Positions 10,843-20,892 of a stretch of DNA of 64,000 nt are shown in pieces (position 1 is the stretch's first letter; each line of letters begins with the position of its first letter). This DNA is from Candidatus Methanoperedenaceae archaeon (GTDB taxonomy: Archaea > Halobacteriota > Methanosarcinia > Methanosarcinales > Methanoperedenaceae), in assembly GCA_963753595.1 (NCBI GenBank), contig CAVWCX010000007.1, forward strand, positions 32,001 through 96,000, read 5' to 3'. A model generated the notes under the pieces. It worked only from the letters and a program-made list of their open reading frames with translations. It was not told where the DNA came from and made no database searches. The position numbers were made by a program, and so were the translations under genes.

Positions 10843-11271
10843 TTATTCCAGTTCGAACTTGATTGTGCACTCGCCCACTGTACCGGGTTTATCAACACCT
10901 TTTGTGATTACGTTCTTCCTGATCTTCTTTACGGCCGCATATTTCGCTGCCTGGACTATAGGACATGCTGTTGCCATTCCTCCTTTCCTCAGGATCTCAT
11001 TACCGTGGCAAATTGCACACCCTTTGATATCAAGAGTATAATTCTTTTCATCGCAGTTGATTTTCACATGTTTTGCAAATTCAAGTTCGTTCTTGAGATA
11101 ATCCTCAAAACTCTTTGCAAATTCATCGTTACTTTTCAGGTCCCCTGCTTTATCCGCCCAGTTATCGGCAAATATTGAACCCACTTTTGCATTTACTTTT
11201 TTTGCATCCTCACCAAGTGCTTTTATCACAGTGCTATGGTATTGTTTAAAGAAATTCAGGCTTGTTGTCAT
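10843..11271 (-). CDS. Stand-alone V4R/MetOD1-like Cys-containing small protein
   Basis: Helix then beta region with C..C, ACP and C-terminal GECTIKF, resembling the output domain of 13428..14276. Confidence 0.5.
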   Translation of the reverse strand: MTTSLNFFKQYHSTVIKALGEDAKKVNAKVGSIFADNWADKAGDLKSNDEFAKSFEDYLKNELEFAKHVKINCDEKNYTLDIKGCAICHGNEILRKGGMATACPIVQAAKYAAVKKIRKNVITKGVDKPGTVGECTIKFELE

Positions 11272-11352
11272 GTTACCTCAGATTTTATAGCTGTTTTGAC
11301 AAAACTATACATAACCATAATCCGATATAAAGATTATGGTATTTTCAGGAAT

Positions 11353-11386
11353 AAAGTGTGATCAAAGTGTGACACCTTTCTCACAC
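11353..11386. promoter_or_regulatory. Candidate operator in divergent promoter
   Basis: AAAGTGTGA direct repeat (11353, 11364) and inverted repeat GTGTGA-N8-TCACAC (11367-11386). Confidence 0.4.
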
Positions 11387-11454
11387 CTGTAGTTAATATA
11401 TTGTTCATTCAAAGTGTTGTTTAAAATATCACGCTTACTTGAATACAGTTGATC

Positions 11455-13026
11455 ATGCAATTCGATAGGAATAATCCCGAAATTAACATAAGATGGACTT
11501 TGAAACAGCTCCTGAAGTTAATATTGATAATAGTAATAGTTTTGTCCATTGGATATCTAATTGAAAATAGCCCATATATCCATGGGATGTTCAGTCCTCT
11601 TGATCTTTTGATCGAGTTCTTTTTTGTTTTTGTATCCTTGTCCATTTTTGCGATGACCTGGTTCGCATACAGCCAGAACCAGGATGATCATACGCTTTTC
11701 ATGGGAGCCACTTTTTTAATCATAGGGATATTTGAACTATTTCACATACTTTCTTATCCTTTCATGCCTGATTTTTTTACTCCGAACTCAATTCAAAAAG
11801 CAAGAATTTTCAGTGATGTTGTACAGGTAATTATCGCGCCATTATTCCTGATCAGCGCATACCTGTTCAAGGATACACTCAGGCTGCTCAACAGGAATAT
11901 TCTTTTTATTTCGGCAGTTATCTTATCAGTATTACCTCTTGTAACAATGTTTTATTTAACATTCCTGTTGAATGAATACCCAAAAATATATTATTCCGAA
12001 GGCGAACCATCTGGATTAAGAATATCTTTATTCCTGTTAAGTATATTAATAACGTTATATGCAAGTTACCTGTATGCAAAAAGACTCCAACAAAATAAAG
12101 ACCAGGATATTATTAATCTCATTTATGGATTTAATATCATAGTTTTTAGCGACCTTATAATGAATACATCAGGATTTCCAGGGATCTTATTAAAAGGCGC
12201 AGGTTTCTATTTTGTATATCTTGCACTTCATCAATCGTACATAGAATTACCATATAAAAAATTAATGATAGCTGAAGAATCACTAAAAGTATCAAAGGAA
12301 GAAGCTGAGCGTGCAAACCAGGTAAAATCCGAATTCCTGTCAACGATGAGCCACGAGCTTCGCACACCTTTGAATTCTATAATTGGCTTTTCTGACCTGT
12401 TGAAACAAAAAATGATGGGCGATCTAAACGAGAAACAGGAACGTTATATTGATAATATAATCAAGAGCAGTAAACATCTTCTCGACCTGATCAATGATAT
12501 TCTTGACATAAGCAAGGTAGAAGCGGGGAAGATAGAACTGAACGTTGAGAAGATTTATTTAACCCCAATAATAAATGATACTATGGAACTTGTAAAAGCT
12601 ACCGCCTCAAAACATAATGTAACTCTAAAGAAAGAATTTGATCCTCAGATCGAATTCATTGAAGCCGATAAACAGAAATTTAAACAGATACTTTTCAACC
12701 TGCTAAGCAATGCAGTCAAATTCAGCAGGACTGATGGCGGGACTGTAACCATAACCACAAGTAAACATGATGAAATGGCGCAAATTTCAGTATCGGACAC
12801 TGGTATTGGTATCAGGAAAGAAGATTTGGGAAAACTCTTCAATAAGTTCCAGCAGATCGATTCCGGCACTTCCAGGAAATATGGTGGTACAGGTCTTGGT
12901 CTTGCTATTTCAAAGCACCTGGTAGAATTACATGGAGGAAATATTTGGGCAGAGAGTAAATATGGGCAAGGGAGTACTTTTATTTTTCAATTACCTTTAA
13001 CAGCAGAAAAGAAGGTTGGGAATTAA
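11455..13026 (+). CDS. Membrane sensor histidine kinase (MASE3-like input, HisKA + HATPase)
   Basis: Multiple TM helices with [10 protein letters not shown]; H-box [10 protein letters not shown]-box [10 protein letters not shown] boxes DTGIG and GTGLGL. Confidence 0.95.
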   Translation: MQFDRNNPEINIRWTLKQLLKLILIIVIVLSIGYLIENSPYIHGMFSPLDLLIEFFFVFVSLSIFAMTWFAYSQNQDDHTLFMGATFLIIGIFELFHILSYPFMPDFFTPNSIQKARIFSDVVQVIIAPLFLISAYLFKDTLRLLNRNILFISAVILSVLPLVTMFYLTFLLNEYPKIYYSEGEPSGLRISLFLLSILITLYASYLYAKRLQQNKDQDIINLIYGFNIIVFSDLIMNTSGFPGILLKGAGFYFVYLALHQSYIELPYKKLMIAEESLKVSKEEAERANQVKSEFLSTMSHELRTPLNSIIGFSDLLKQKMMGDLNEKQERYIDNIIKSSKHLLDLINDILDISKVEAGKIELNVEKIYLTPIINDTMELVKATASKHNVTLKKEFDPQIEFIEADKQKFKQILFNLLSNAVKFSRTDGGTVTITTSKHDEMAQISVSDTGIGIRKEDLGKLFNKFQQIDSGTSRKYGGTGLGLAISKHLVELHGGNIWAESKYGQGSTFIFQLPLTAEKKVGN

Positions 13027-13434
13027 ATGGTGCAAATGAATGTACTCGTTGTAGAAGATAATCCTTTAAATATGGAACTTGTCATTGAAATCCTAAAATC
13101 ATTAGGATTTGTCGTATCCGGGGCAATTAATGGGGAAGAAGCGATAAAAATGGCTGATAAGGAACACTATGATTTGATCCTGATGGATATAGAGCTGCCG
13201 GGGATGGATGGCATATCTGCCATAAGGATCATAAAAAGCAAGCCCGGATATAAAAATGTACCAAATATAGCTTTGACTGCTTTTGCTATGAAAGGGGACC
13301 GGGAAAAATTCCTGGCGGCAGGCTTTGATGATTATATGGCAAAACCAATAGATGTACCAGGTTTCATGAAACAAATGCAGAAATATAAAAAATCCTATGA
13401 TATTATATATGATTTTGGAGGTATTAAATGGTAA
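13027..13434 (+). CDS. Single-domain response regulator (CheY/DivK-like)
   Basis: VVEDN, LMDIELPGMDG, ALTA, AKP. Confidence 0.95.
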   Translation: MVQMNVLVVEDNPLNMELVIEILKSLGFVVSGAINGEEAIKMADKEHYDLILMDIELPGMDGISAIRIIKSKPGYKNVPNIALTAFAMKGDREKFLAAGFDDYMAKPIDVPGFMKQMQKYKKSYDIIYDFGGIKW

Positions 13435-14276
13435 ATCAAGATAATAGGGCAAAAGTCCTTGTGGTTGATGATGAACCTGCAAATGTAGAGCTTATTTTTG
13501 GCTATCTTGAAAATTATTATGACTTAATACCAGCATACAGCGGAAAAGAAGCGCTTGAAAAAGTGATCTCTGATAAACCTGATATTATTCTCCTGGATAT
13601 TAAGATGCCCCAGATCAATGGATTTGAAGTATGTGAAAAAATTAAACAACAGGATACTACAAGGTTCATTCCAGTAGTAATGGTCACAGCATTGTCTGAA
13701 ATAGAAGAAAAGATCAAGGCTATAGAATCTGGAGCCGACGACTTTCTTTCTAAACCGCTTAACGGCCTGGAGCTGTGTACCCGCGTAAAATCACTTCTGA
13801 AGATAAAAAAATATCATGATGAACTTGTCAGGAGCAAAGAACAGATCGAGGCTCAAAATGATTTTAAAACTATTATGACGGACATACTTCCTCTTATCCT
13901 CGGGAGTATTCCTCCTGGAAAAATGACTGAAGTAATAACCCGTATGAGTGAACAGGTTGAAGATATTATCTGGGCTAAATATATACATGAGATCCCAAAA
14001 GATAGCGCACAAACTGCAAATATCACTTGCGGTATTTTGAACAAAATGGGTGGGAGCTTTTCAGTAAAAGAAGTAAGCGAAAAAGGCTATATTATAATAA
14101 ATAATAAATGCCCATGGGGGGAAAATGGAATTATAAATCCGGTACTTTGCATGATGACAAAAGCGATCTTTGCCAGGATTGGTGTTCATGTATATAAAGA
14201 AATTAATGTAGATATCAAAAAAACCATAGCTGGTGGCGATGATTGCTGCCTGGTGGAATTATTCATGAGAGTCTGA
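13428..14276 (+). CDS. Response regulator with C-terminal methanogen output domain (MetOD1/V4R-like)
   Basis: REC motifs VVDDE, LLDIKMP, SKP; C-terminal NKCPWG...LC...TIAGGDDCC. Confidence 0.85.
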   Translation: MVNQDNRAKVLVVDDEPANVELIFGYLENYYDLIPAYSGKEALEKVISDKPDIILLDIKMPQINGFEVCEKIKQQDTTRFIPVVMVTALSEIEEKIKAIESGADDFLSKPLNGLELCTRVKSLLKIKKYHDELVRSKEQIEAQNDFKTIMTDILPLILGSIPPGKMTEVITRMSEQVEDIIWAKYIHEIPKDSAQTANITCGILNKMGGSFSVKEVSEKGYIIINNKCPWGENGIINPVLCMMTKAIFARIGVHVYKEINVDIKKTIAGGDDCCLVELFMRV

Positions 14277-14331
14277 CCAATGTAGGGATTGAATTTATAA
14301 ACAATTAAACATAATATAAATATAACATATC

Positions 14332-15063
14332 ATGGAACGAATACAAACTGGAATTACGGGGCTTGATGAAATGATAGGGGGAGGATATCCTAAAGGCCGC
14401 ACTATGTTAGTTCTCGGGATGACAGGTTCGGGCAAAACCATATTGGGCTTGAGTTTTATTCATAAAGCCTGTATTGAAGGACGAAAATCCCTTATAATCG
14501 CTACCGAGGAATTACCAGGAGACGTGATTGCCCAGTCGGGATCAGTTGGTATGGATCTTGAGGAATTCAACAAAAATGGTTTACTGGGAATAGATAAAGT
14601 CTATGAAGAACGAACAGGACATGCTAAGGAATTATTAGCTTACGGAATAACGGATACCGATAAACTGCAATCCAATATTATCGGATTATTGGAAAGAATA
14701 CCCAAGGATGTAGAGAGCGTTTTGATTGATAATTTAGGTGTTTTTACACTTAACATGTCTGCAAACGAGTTCAGGTCACAGATCGACTCATTGGTTGCGG
14801 GATTGACCAAAAGAAATATCACAGCCTTGCTGATAATGGACCTGTCAGCAGACAACCGCACAGAAAACATTGCTTCATATTCTGTTTATGGCGTATTGAG
14901 GACTTCGATCAAGGATAATCCCTTTACAGGAGCAAGAGAACGCCTGTTAGAAGTCCTGAAGATACGGAATACCAAAATATCCTTATCCCCCATCATGTTT
15001 GAAATTACTTCCAAAGGTATAGAATTTTTAAAGAAAGGAACTGGCGAAATACATGGCAAATAA
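14332..15063 (+). CDS. KaiC-like (RAD55) ATPase with intact motifs
   Basis: TGITGLD, Walker A GMTGSGKT, TEE, LIDN, LKIRNT. Confidence 0.9.
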   Translation: MERIQTGITGLDEMIGGGYPKGRTMLVLGMTGSGKTILGLSFIHKACIEGRKSLIIATEELPGDVIAQSGSVGMDLEEFNKNGLLGIDKVYEERTGHAKELLAYGITDTDKLQSNIIGLLERIPKDVESVLIDNLGVFTLNMSANEFRSQIDSLVAGLTKRNITALLIMDLSADNRTENIASYSVYGVLRTSIKDNPFTGARERLLEVLKIRNTKISLSPIMFEITSKGIEFLKKGTGEIHGK

Positions 15064-15742
15064 ATTATTACCTACAGGGCTTCCAGCTCTTGATAAAGAA
15101 CTGGATGGCGGTTTGCCTCCGGGTTCTTTAGTTTACCTTATGGCGGATTCTATGACCATGGGGGAGATTTTCTTATACCAGTTCACCCAGCAAAGACCAA
15201 GCTATTATATAAATACTGAACGTAAACCTGAATATATATTAAATAATTTAAAACAATTCGGGTTTGATGTATCCGGTATAAAATTCATAGATATACATGA
15301 GAAATATTATGAAAATATAAGCAAATTGCTGGATAGGGGAGAACTCAGGGATTACAGGGTACTGGATTTTTTTATTAAAGAGCTTGAAATTATCGAAGGT
15401 AAGGAAATAAATCTTATTGTGGATACTATATCATTTTTTCAGAATCTTGAAGTAAAAAGGAGCAAAATCAGGGAACTTATAGATAAACTTTATGGTACTG
15501 TGAAACGAACGGAAGGGCTCGGATTCCTTTATGGGATCAAAGATGAGAACCGTTCCCTTATTGAAAATGAAGTAATAAATATCTGCGATGTGGTCTTTGA
15601 TATTTCACTTATAAAAAAAGCAGATAAAACAATTACTGAATTGACAATACCAAAAGCAAGAGACCGCCATATCCATGGAAATGTACTTAAATTCAAGATA
15701 GAGGGCGGGATCATAATGGATACCTCAAAAGAGATAGCCTGA
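15053..15742 (+). CDS. KaiC-like (RAD55) protein with degenerate Walker A
   Basis: TGLPALDKELDGGLPPGS; P-loop replaced by ADSMTMGE; IVDT and PKARD retained. Confidence 0.85.
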   Translation: MANKLLPTGLPALDKELDGGLPPGSLVYLMADSMTMGEIFLYQFTQQRPSYYINTERKPEYILNNLKQFGFDVSGIKFIDIHEKYYENISKLLDRGELRDYRVLDFFIKELEIIEGKEINLIVDTISFFQNLEVKRSKIRELIDKLYGTVKRTEGLGFLYGIKDENRSLIENEVINICDVVFDISLIKKADKTITELTIPKARDRHIHGNVLKFKIEGGIIMDTSKEIA

Positions 15743-15782
15743 GTAAATTTAGGAGATAAAATGGGAAATACCTGGCACGGTA

Positions 15783-16847
15783 TCAGACTTTCCTCAGCAC
15801 CCCGATCTTTGGCTCGTAGCATCTTCCTTCATCCATAAGCTCTTTTAAGGATAATTCCACACTTTTCGCATCTATCCCTGCTTTCTGTGCCGTTTCAATA
15901 ACTTTTGAAAAGGATGTGCCTTTCCCGGTATCAAGTTCATCGATTATGGCTGCAAGTATCTCTTTTGGCTCAGGTGGTTCTTTTTGAGAATCGGCCGGAA
16001 TATCCTCAATACCCATATCCTCTAAATTTTGTTCATGCGCTGCCGGTTTATTATTTCCTGAACTTAAAGCGCTGTATTGAGGTGATTCACTCATTTTGTC
16101 AAAAGATCGTTCATGGGTTTTGAATTCGTCTATATTTTTCCCTGGAACATCCTGTTCTTTTGTTTTTTCCGGTTCCCGGGGCGGCTTTATGATCCCGCTA
16201 TCAGATGCAACTGTATCAACTGCATGAGCAAGTGTTTTTTTAAGTTCAATTAAGGTTTTATCCAGGTTTTTATAATGCTTGATCGCAAGCATCACGCCAT
16301 TGAGAAGTGCTATGTTCGTTACTTTCTTAGAAAGGAATTCCTGCAATTCATTTCCCGAAAATCCCGACTTTAAAGCATCTTCGATAATGTTTATGCGCTC
16401 CAGTGTTCTTTCTGCAGTTTCCAGCACCCACCTGTCCCTTTGCTTTTCATCAGAAGCATTTATTTCTTCAGGCCGCACAGATAAATAAACTGCACCGTCT
16501 TCCGGTTCATATTTTCTGGCTTTGCCTACAAGCGCAATATAAGCAGGAACATGTAACTCAGACAAAAATATGGCGGCCTCTGGCTGGTACTGGCCGGCGT
16601 ATACAGTAAAAACCCCGGAAGGATCGGCTATGCGCGCCCGCCAGAGGTTATTATCTTTGCCGATATTTTCAACTTCAGTGACAACCCCGATAATAAAGAG
16701 CCGATTGCATTTAACGCCAGTTGGCGTAATTATGTAATTTGGAGCCCTTTCATCGCCGTCACTGACATACAGATTTGACATGTTGAATTCATGTGCATAA
16801 ATGCGCCATGCGATTTCTCTGTCCATGATTTTCTCTATTTTTTCCAT
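15783..16847 (-). CDS. RPA-associated OB-fold protein with C-terminal winged helix
   Basis: REIAWR, APNY..TPTG..CNR, ARIADPSG, VYAGQYQPEA, GRCYEP; directly downstream of RPA. Confidence 0.85.
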   Translation of the reverse strand: MEKIEKIMDREIAWRIYAHEFNMSNLYVSDGDERAPNYIITPTGVKCNRLFIIGVVTEVENIGKDNNLWRARIADPSGVFTVYAGQYQPEAAIFLSELHVPAYIALVGKARKYEPEDGAVYLSVRPEEINASDEKQRDRWVLETAERTLERINIIEDALKSGFSGNELQEFLSKKVTNIALLNGVMLAIKHYKNLDKTLIELKKTLAHAVDTVASDSGIIKPPREPEKTKEQDVPGKNIDEFKTHERSFDKMSESPQYSALSSGNNKPAAHEQNLEDMGIEDIPADSQKEPPEPKEILAAIIDELDTGKGTSFSKVIETAQKAGIDAKSVELSLKELMDEGRCYEPKIGVLRKV

Positions 16848-16848
16848 A

Positions 16849-18114
16849 TTAACCTGTGATCCTCACAATGAGCTTTTGTGCTTGTTCTTGTATCATTTCA
16901 GCAGGTTCCCAGGCTTCACTTGCTACAAGTGTGATCCCGAATTCACCTTTTGACATATTTCCTCTTGCAGCGAACCTTCTCCCCAGAAGTTTCCTTTTAA
17001 TATCATCTTCCACTGCTTTCTGTGACATATTTGTTTTTGCGATCTTTTGAGCTTCTTCGATATTAATTCCACATATCTTCTGGGTAAGCCTGGAATCAAG
17101 AACAAGCGTGAGTGCGCCAGTTCCATCATCTATTATGGCTTTGATACGCATATCGCTACTCTCATCGACTTTTCCATGCACCCTGCACATGCCTTTCTGG
17201 ATCACGCGCGAACATTCGGAGCATCTGGCTATCAATCCCGAACCAGGCCTGATGGAAAGGATATTACCTTCTACAGCTATATCATAAGCACCATCTTTCA
17301 TGATAAGATCCCCGATCTTTAATCCTTCTTTTTCCCTGTATTCGATCTTATTTCCAAGCTTTGCCAGGATGGTTGATTCATTGATGTTCAAGGTGGGAAC
17401 ACCCCGGAATGACCTTACATAAGCGTTTTTAACATCAATTGAATTGCCCACTTCAAGTTCTGGCGACAATACCCATGCTGTGATCGGGAGTTTTGTATCC
17501 TCATCTGCCGCAATTCCGCCTATTATCTTTTTTGCCCCATCCTTTGTATTGATTTCATGGATAGCAATATTGAGGATAGTGAATTGTGTATGAACATTAA
17601 TATCCCCATCTCTTAAATCTGCAAGTTTTTTAAGCTCGCAATCCTCCGGAATCTGGATTTTGGTGGTAAGCTTTATGACTTTCGATCTGGGGCCGAAATT
17701 TACTTCAGGCCGTTCCTGCCAATTCCTGACATAAGCCTGGGTGACAGAAATTACATCACCCGGATTAAGATCAAAATCAGACCATGCTGTGAAACTTCTT
17801 GATGAGGTCTCGTCGCAGATCACTCCTGAAAAAAGGGTTTTTTCGGAATTCTTGATGTTGACAGTTTTCCTGGTTATTTCAACGACCTGTCCGGTTATCT
17901 CGATATTGTGTTCTCCTATCTGGATATCTTTCAGTTTCCTGACAATACTTTTTTCAGACCCGCCGTATTTTTTTATCAGGCTTCGTTTTGCTTCGCTCAA
18001 AGGGACCCTGTATTCGAGCAGTTTTTTTAAATCCGCAATTATGTTGCTCTCGTCTATTTCGTTATCAAGCGCCATTTTTATTTCTTCAACATGAGGCGCA
18101 AATTCAATCTCCAT
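16849..18114 (-). CDS. Replication protein A (multi-OB-fold, Zn finger)
   Basis: Repeated OB folds, GSGLIARCSECSR...CRVHG, DDGTG; start moved to MEIEF after GAAGGAGG RBS. Confidence 0.9.
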   Translation of the reverse strand: MEIEFAPHVEEIKMALDNEIDESNIIADLKKLLEYRVPLSEAKRSLIKKYGGSEKSIVRKLKDIQIGEHNIEITGQVVEITRKTVNIKNSEKTLFSGVICDETSSRSFTAWSDFDLNPGDVISVTQAYVRNWQERPEVNFGPRSKVIKLTTKIQIPEDCELKKLADLRDGDINVHTQFTILNIAIHEINTKDGAKKIIGGIAADEDTKLPITAWVLSPELEVGNSIDVKNAYVRSFRGVPTLNINESTILAKLGNKIEYREKEGLKIGDLIMKDGAYDIAVEGNILSIRPGSGLIARCSECSRVIQKGMCRVHGKVDESSDMRIKAIIDDGTGALTLVLDSRLTQKICGINIEEAQKIAKTNMSQKAVEDDIKRKLLGRRFAARGNMSKGEFGITLVASEAWEPAEMIQEQAQKLIVRITG

Positions 18115-18243
18115 AAAGCCTCCTTCTGACCAATGGGGTATGAGGTAAAAGGATAATATAAGATAAAAAACCATCGCAGAACAATTTAAGTATTAGAATA
18201 ATTTATCACCATTTATCACCCTTCAGGTATTTGAGGATTAATT

Positions 18244-18540
18244 ATGGAATCAGTATATTTCTATGAAGATGATGTCAGTAAAGATATTTTGAAAATATTA
18301 GATGATGATTTTTTTAAACGCCTGGGGTATACGGTAAGGGAATGCAGCCTTCTGGGTTCCCAGCGCAAGGGTTATTTCCTGTATATAAAAGCAAATTCAG
18401 AAGACATCGACCGCGCGGAAAAGAAATTTGAGGGAATTGGCCTTCAAAAACTCATTGGGGAGGAACAGAAAATAGTCACAGGCGCTTTCATAGCTGAGGA
18501 AGAGAATGCCGCCAGTGGCATGGGAATGATTTTCGGTTAA
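18244..18540 (+). CDS. Hypothetical protein
   Basis: 98-aa ORF, GAGG RBS, C-terminal AASGMGMIFG. Confidence 0.7.
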   Translation: MESVYFYEDDVSKDILKILDDDFFKRLGYTVRECSLLGSQRKGYFLYIKANSEDIDRAEKKFEGIGLQKLIGEEQKIVTGAFIAEEENAASGMGMIFG

Positions 18541-18602
18541 GACTGCAGTTAAGATATATTTATATAGAAAGATAACATAAAATGCATATCGGAGGTAACG
18601 AT

Positions 18603-18950
18603 ATGAGGCTGAGTAAACAAAGTTTAGTTCTGGCGACAATAGTCCCACTAATATTCGGAATAATAATACTGTGGAATTTCAAGAGTGCCATCGATATTTT
18701 AGCACCATTGGGCCAATCCACAGCAAAAATCTATGATCAACTCATATATATAGGTATTTTTGCATTCCTTGCACTCGCAGTGTACTGGAGCGTAATGGTT
18801 TACCTTATATATCTGTTACAGGAAAACCTGTCAACTCTTGATTCAAATCTTGATAAGGCTGCAGATATTGGAGCAAAGCACCTTTCAGAATCAAAGAACC
18901 TGTTAAACCAGGTAATAAATATCTTGAAGAGATACGAAACAACTTCTTGA
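18603..18950 (+). CDS. Hypothetical two-TM protein with coiled-coil tail
   Basis: GGAGGT RBS, two hydrophobic segments, TATA-like TTTATATA upstream. Confidence 0.65.
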   Translation: MRLSKQSLVLATIVPLIFGIIILWNFKSAIDILAPLGQSTAKIYDQLIYIGIFAFLALAVYWSVMVYLIYLLQENLSTLDSNLDKAADIGAKHLSESKNLLNQVINILKRYETTS

Positions 18951-18965
18951 AGAGATACGAAACAA
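18922..18965. repeat. 21-bp direct repeat spanning a stop codon
   Basis: TCTTGAAGAGATACGAAACAA at 18922 and 18945. Confidence 0.85.
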
Positions 18966-19237
18966 ATCAGGAATATGTAATAAGCAAATTTCTGATTTTT
19001 TCTTTTTTTTTCAAATAGGAAAGTATAAATACATTCTTCTGTCTGCGGCTGGATTTTCTCTATAAAGTAATAATTATGCGATATCCATAATTTACGGTTT
19101 TCTCCCTGAATGTCTATCTGTTATGAAGCATACATGATCCATCACGACTAAACATTTGAAAATAATAATGCAAAAAATATGTTAAGGTTAAGTGGTAAAT
19201 ATTTTATTTTGGATAAAAGAATCGCCATCCGATAAGA

Positions 19238-19672
19238 TCAAACCGAAACAGGTTTCTTGTTAAATACCGTCATTAATTTGTCAAGCGTGGTAATTTCTTC
19301 TTTTGAAATAGTTATCTTTGCGTCAATATTTTTAAACTCCGGGATGCCTTTTCCTCCCGTTTCACCTGACACAAGTGAGTTTGACCATGGGCTGTTAACC
19401 ATGAAAGCCAATCCACCAGGCTCATCTCTTTTGGATTCCTTTACCTGCACCACTAAACTTCCGAAATTATTGGATATTTTTACCCTGTCCCCGGTCTTCA
19501 AACCCATTTTTTGCATATCGGTCTTACTCATAGATATTACAGCAGAGAGCTTTTTATATTCTTCTCCAAACCTGTCGCACTCTGCCGCTTCGGCCTGGAA
19601 AATATCACGATATGTGATGATCTTGATATCATATTCCGGGCTTTTAAGGAATTTTCCAAAATCCATACCCAT
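19238..19672 (-). CDS. fwdD: Formylmethanofuran dehydrogenase subunit D-like (molybdopterin dinucleotide-binding)
   Basis: SPWSNSLV, TGGKGIPEFK motifs; coupled to fwdB. Confidence 0.8.
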   Translation of the reverse strand: MGMDFGKFLKSPEYDIKIITYRDIFQAEAAECDRFGEEYKKLSAVISMSKTDMQKMGLKTGDRVKISNNFGSLVVQVKESKRDEPGGLAFMVNSPWSNSLVSGETGGKGIPEFKNIDAKITISKEEITTLDKLMTVFNKKPVSV

Positions 19673-20883
19673 TAAAATGCCTCCATCAACCGATCCAGGA
19701 TCGCTTCATCCGTCAAATGATCGCTCTCTATGATCTTTGATAATTCGATTACTTTTCCATCCATCCTCACCGCAGTACCTCCCGATTCCAGTCCTGATGC
19801 TGCAGAGGGGATTGCCACAGCCGCTATCTTTGAGGTCATGGTCATACAAGGATCGATACAGATCACCGGTATTGATGCAAGATGTGCCAGTACTGTGCCA
19901 GGAAGACTTGAAACAGGATCAGAACCCACAACAACAATTGCATCTATGGATTTTTTATTGAGTGACTCCATAATTGAATATTTGATATCGTGGACCGCTT
20001 TTCCATCAAACTTTACTTTATTGACAAATCCTGTCTCTTTGAACAGAGCTTCATTAAAACCCCGCATATTATAATGGCCAATCATAGGCATTATATTGAA
20101 ATTCGGCAGCTTTTGTGCAAGTGCGGTCAATATGTCAAAATCATCTTTTATCGAATACGTAAGTCCGATTCCAACAAAAATCGCCCCGAACTCGGCTTTT
20201 TTCAAAATGCCTGCAAGTTCAAGCATTTTTTTCGTTTCATATGCCGGTACTTTTCCGGATAACGCTTCGGTCAAGGCCAGGATAAATTCCCTGTCTCCTT
20301 TTGGTGATATCCTGTAAAAATGTCCTTTACAGATCTTTGCGGTATTTGATTCCCGCACATCTATGGCTATTGCTATCCTGTCTTCTTCGTACCCGCGCTG
20401 GCGTGATTCTCCCCGCGGGAAATATGAGAACCTTGAAAGATGGCGAGGCTGTGAGTCCTGCGCATCAGATCCCCAATAAACAAGCACATCAGCTTTGTTC
20501 CTGATATCATCAAGAGAACATGTCCTGAACTTTTCCTGAAGGATATTTTCGATAAGCAGTCCCTGGCAAAATGAGGATGTATCATCTATGATTGCATTTA
20601 TTTTTTTTGCATATTGAATTCCTTTTACCTGCGCCTGGCATGTTGAGTTATCCAATCCAAAAAGCATAGGCGTCCTGGCATTCCTGATAATGTCAACAGC
20701 TTTCTTTATGGAACTTTCAATGTCTGTGGGTTTTTGATCTATAGAAGGGACAAGCCTGTTTGAACAACCTTTCATTCTTGCCGCGCCGCGCCTGCATGCG
20801 TTTTTTATCTCTTTTATCCTGTTATTCTCAATAATTGCTTCAATATCATCACATAACAGCGCGCATCCTGTGCATGTAAACAT
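19672..20883 (-). CDS. fwdB: Formylmethanofuran dehydrogenase subunit B
   Basis: CTGCALLCDDI, RNKAD.LVYWG, PRHLSR, GHYNMRGF, GTAVRMDG. Confidence 0.9.
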   Translation of the reverse strand: MFTCTGCALLCDDIEAIIENNRIKEIKNACRRGAARMKGCSNRLVPSIDQKPTDIESSIKKAVDIIRNARTPMLFGLDNSTCQAQVKGIQYAKKINAIIDDTSSFCQGLLIENILQEKFRTCSLDDIRNKADVLVYWGSDAQDSQPRHLSRFSYFPRGESRQRGYEEDRIAIAIDVRESNTAKICKGHFYRISPKGDREFILALTEALSGKVPAYETKKMLELAGILKKAEFGAIFVGIGLTYSIKDDFDILTALAQKLPNFNIMPMIGHYNMRGFNEALFKETGFVNKVKFDGKAVHDIKYSIMESLNKKSIDAIVVVGSDPVSSLPGTVLAHLASIPVICIDPCMTMTSKIAAVAIPSAASGLESGGTAVRMDGKVIELSKIIESDHLTDEAILDRLMEAF

Positions 20884-20892
20884 AAAAACCTC

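Noticed and set aside
18201-18220. ATTTATCACC tandem; similar short tandems near 23067 (ATTTAAAGTATC x2) and 38909 (AAAGCATATTAT x2)
   Set aside because: Two-copy AT-rich duplications with no shared motif; explainable by replication slippage
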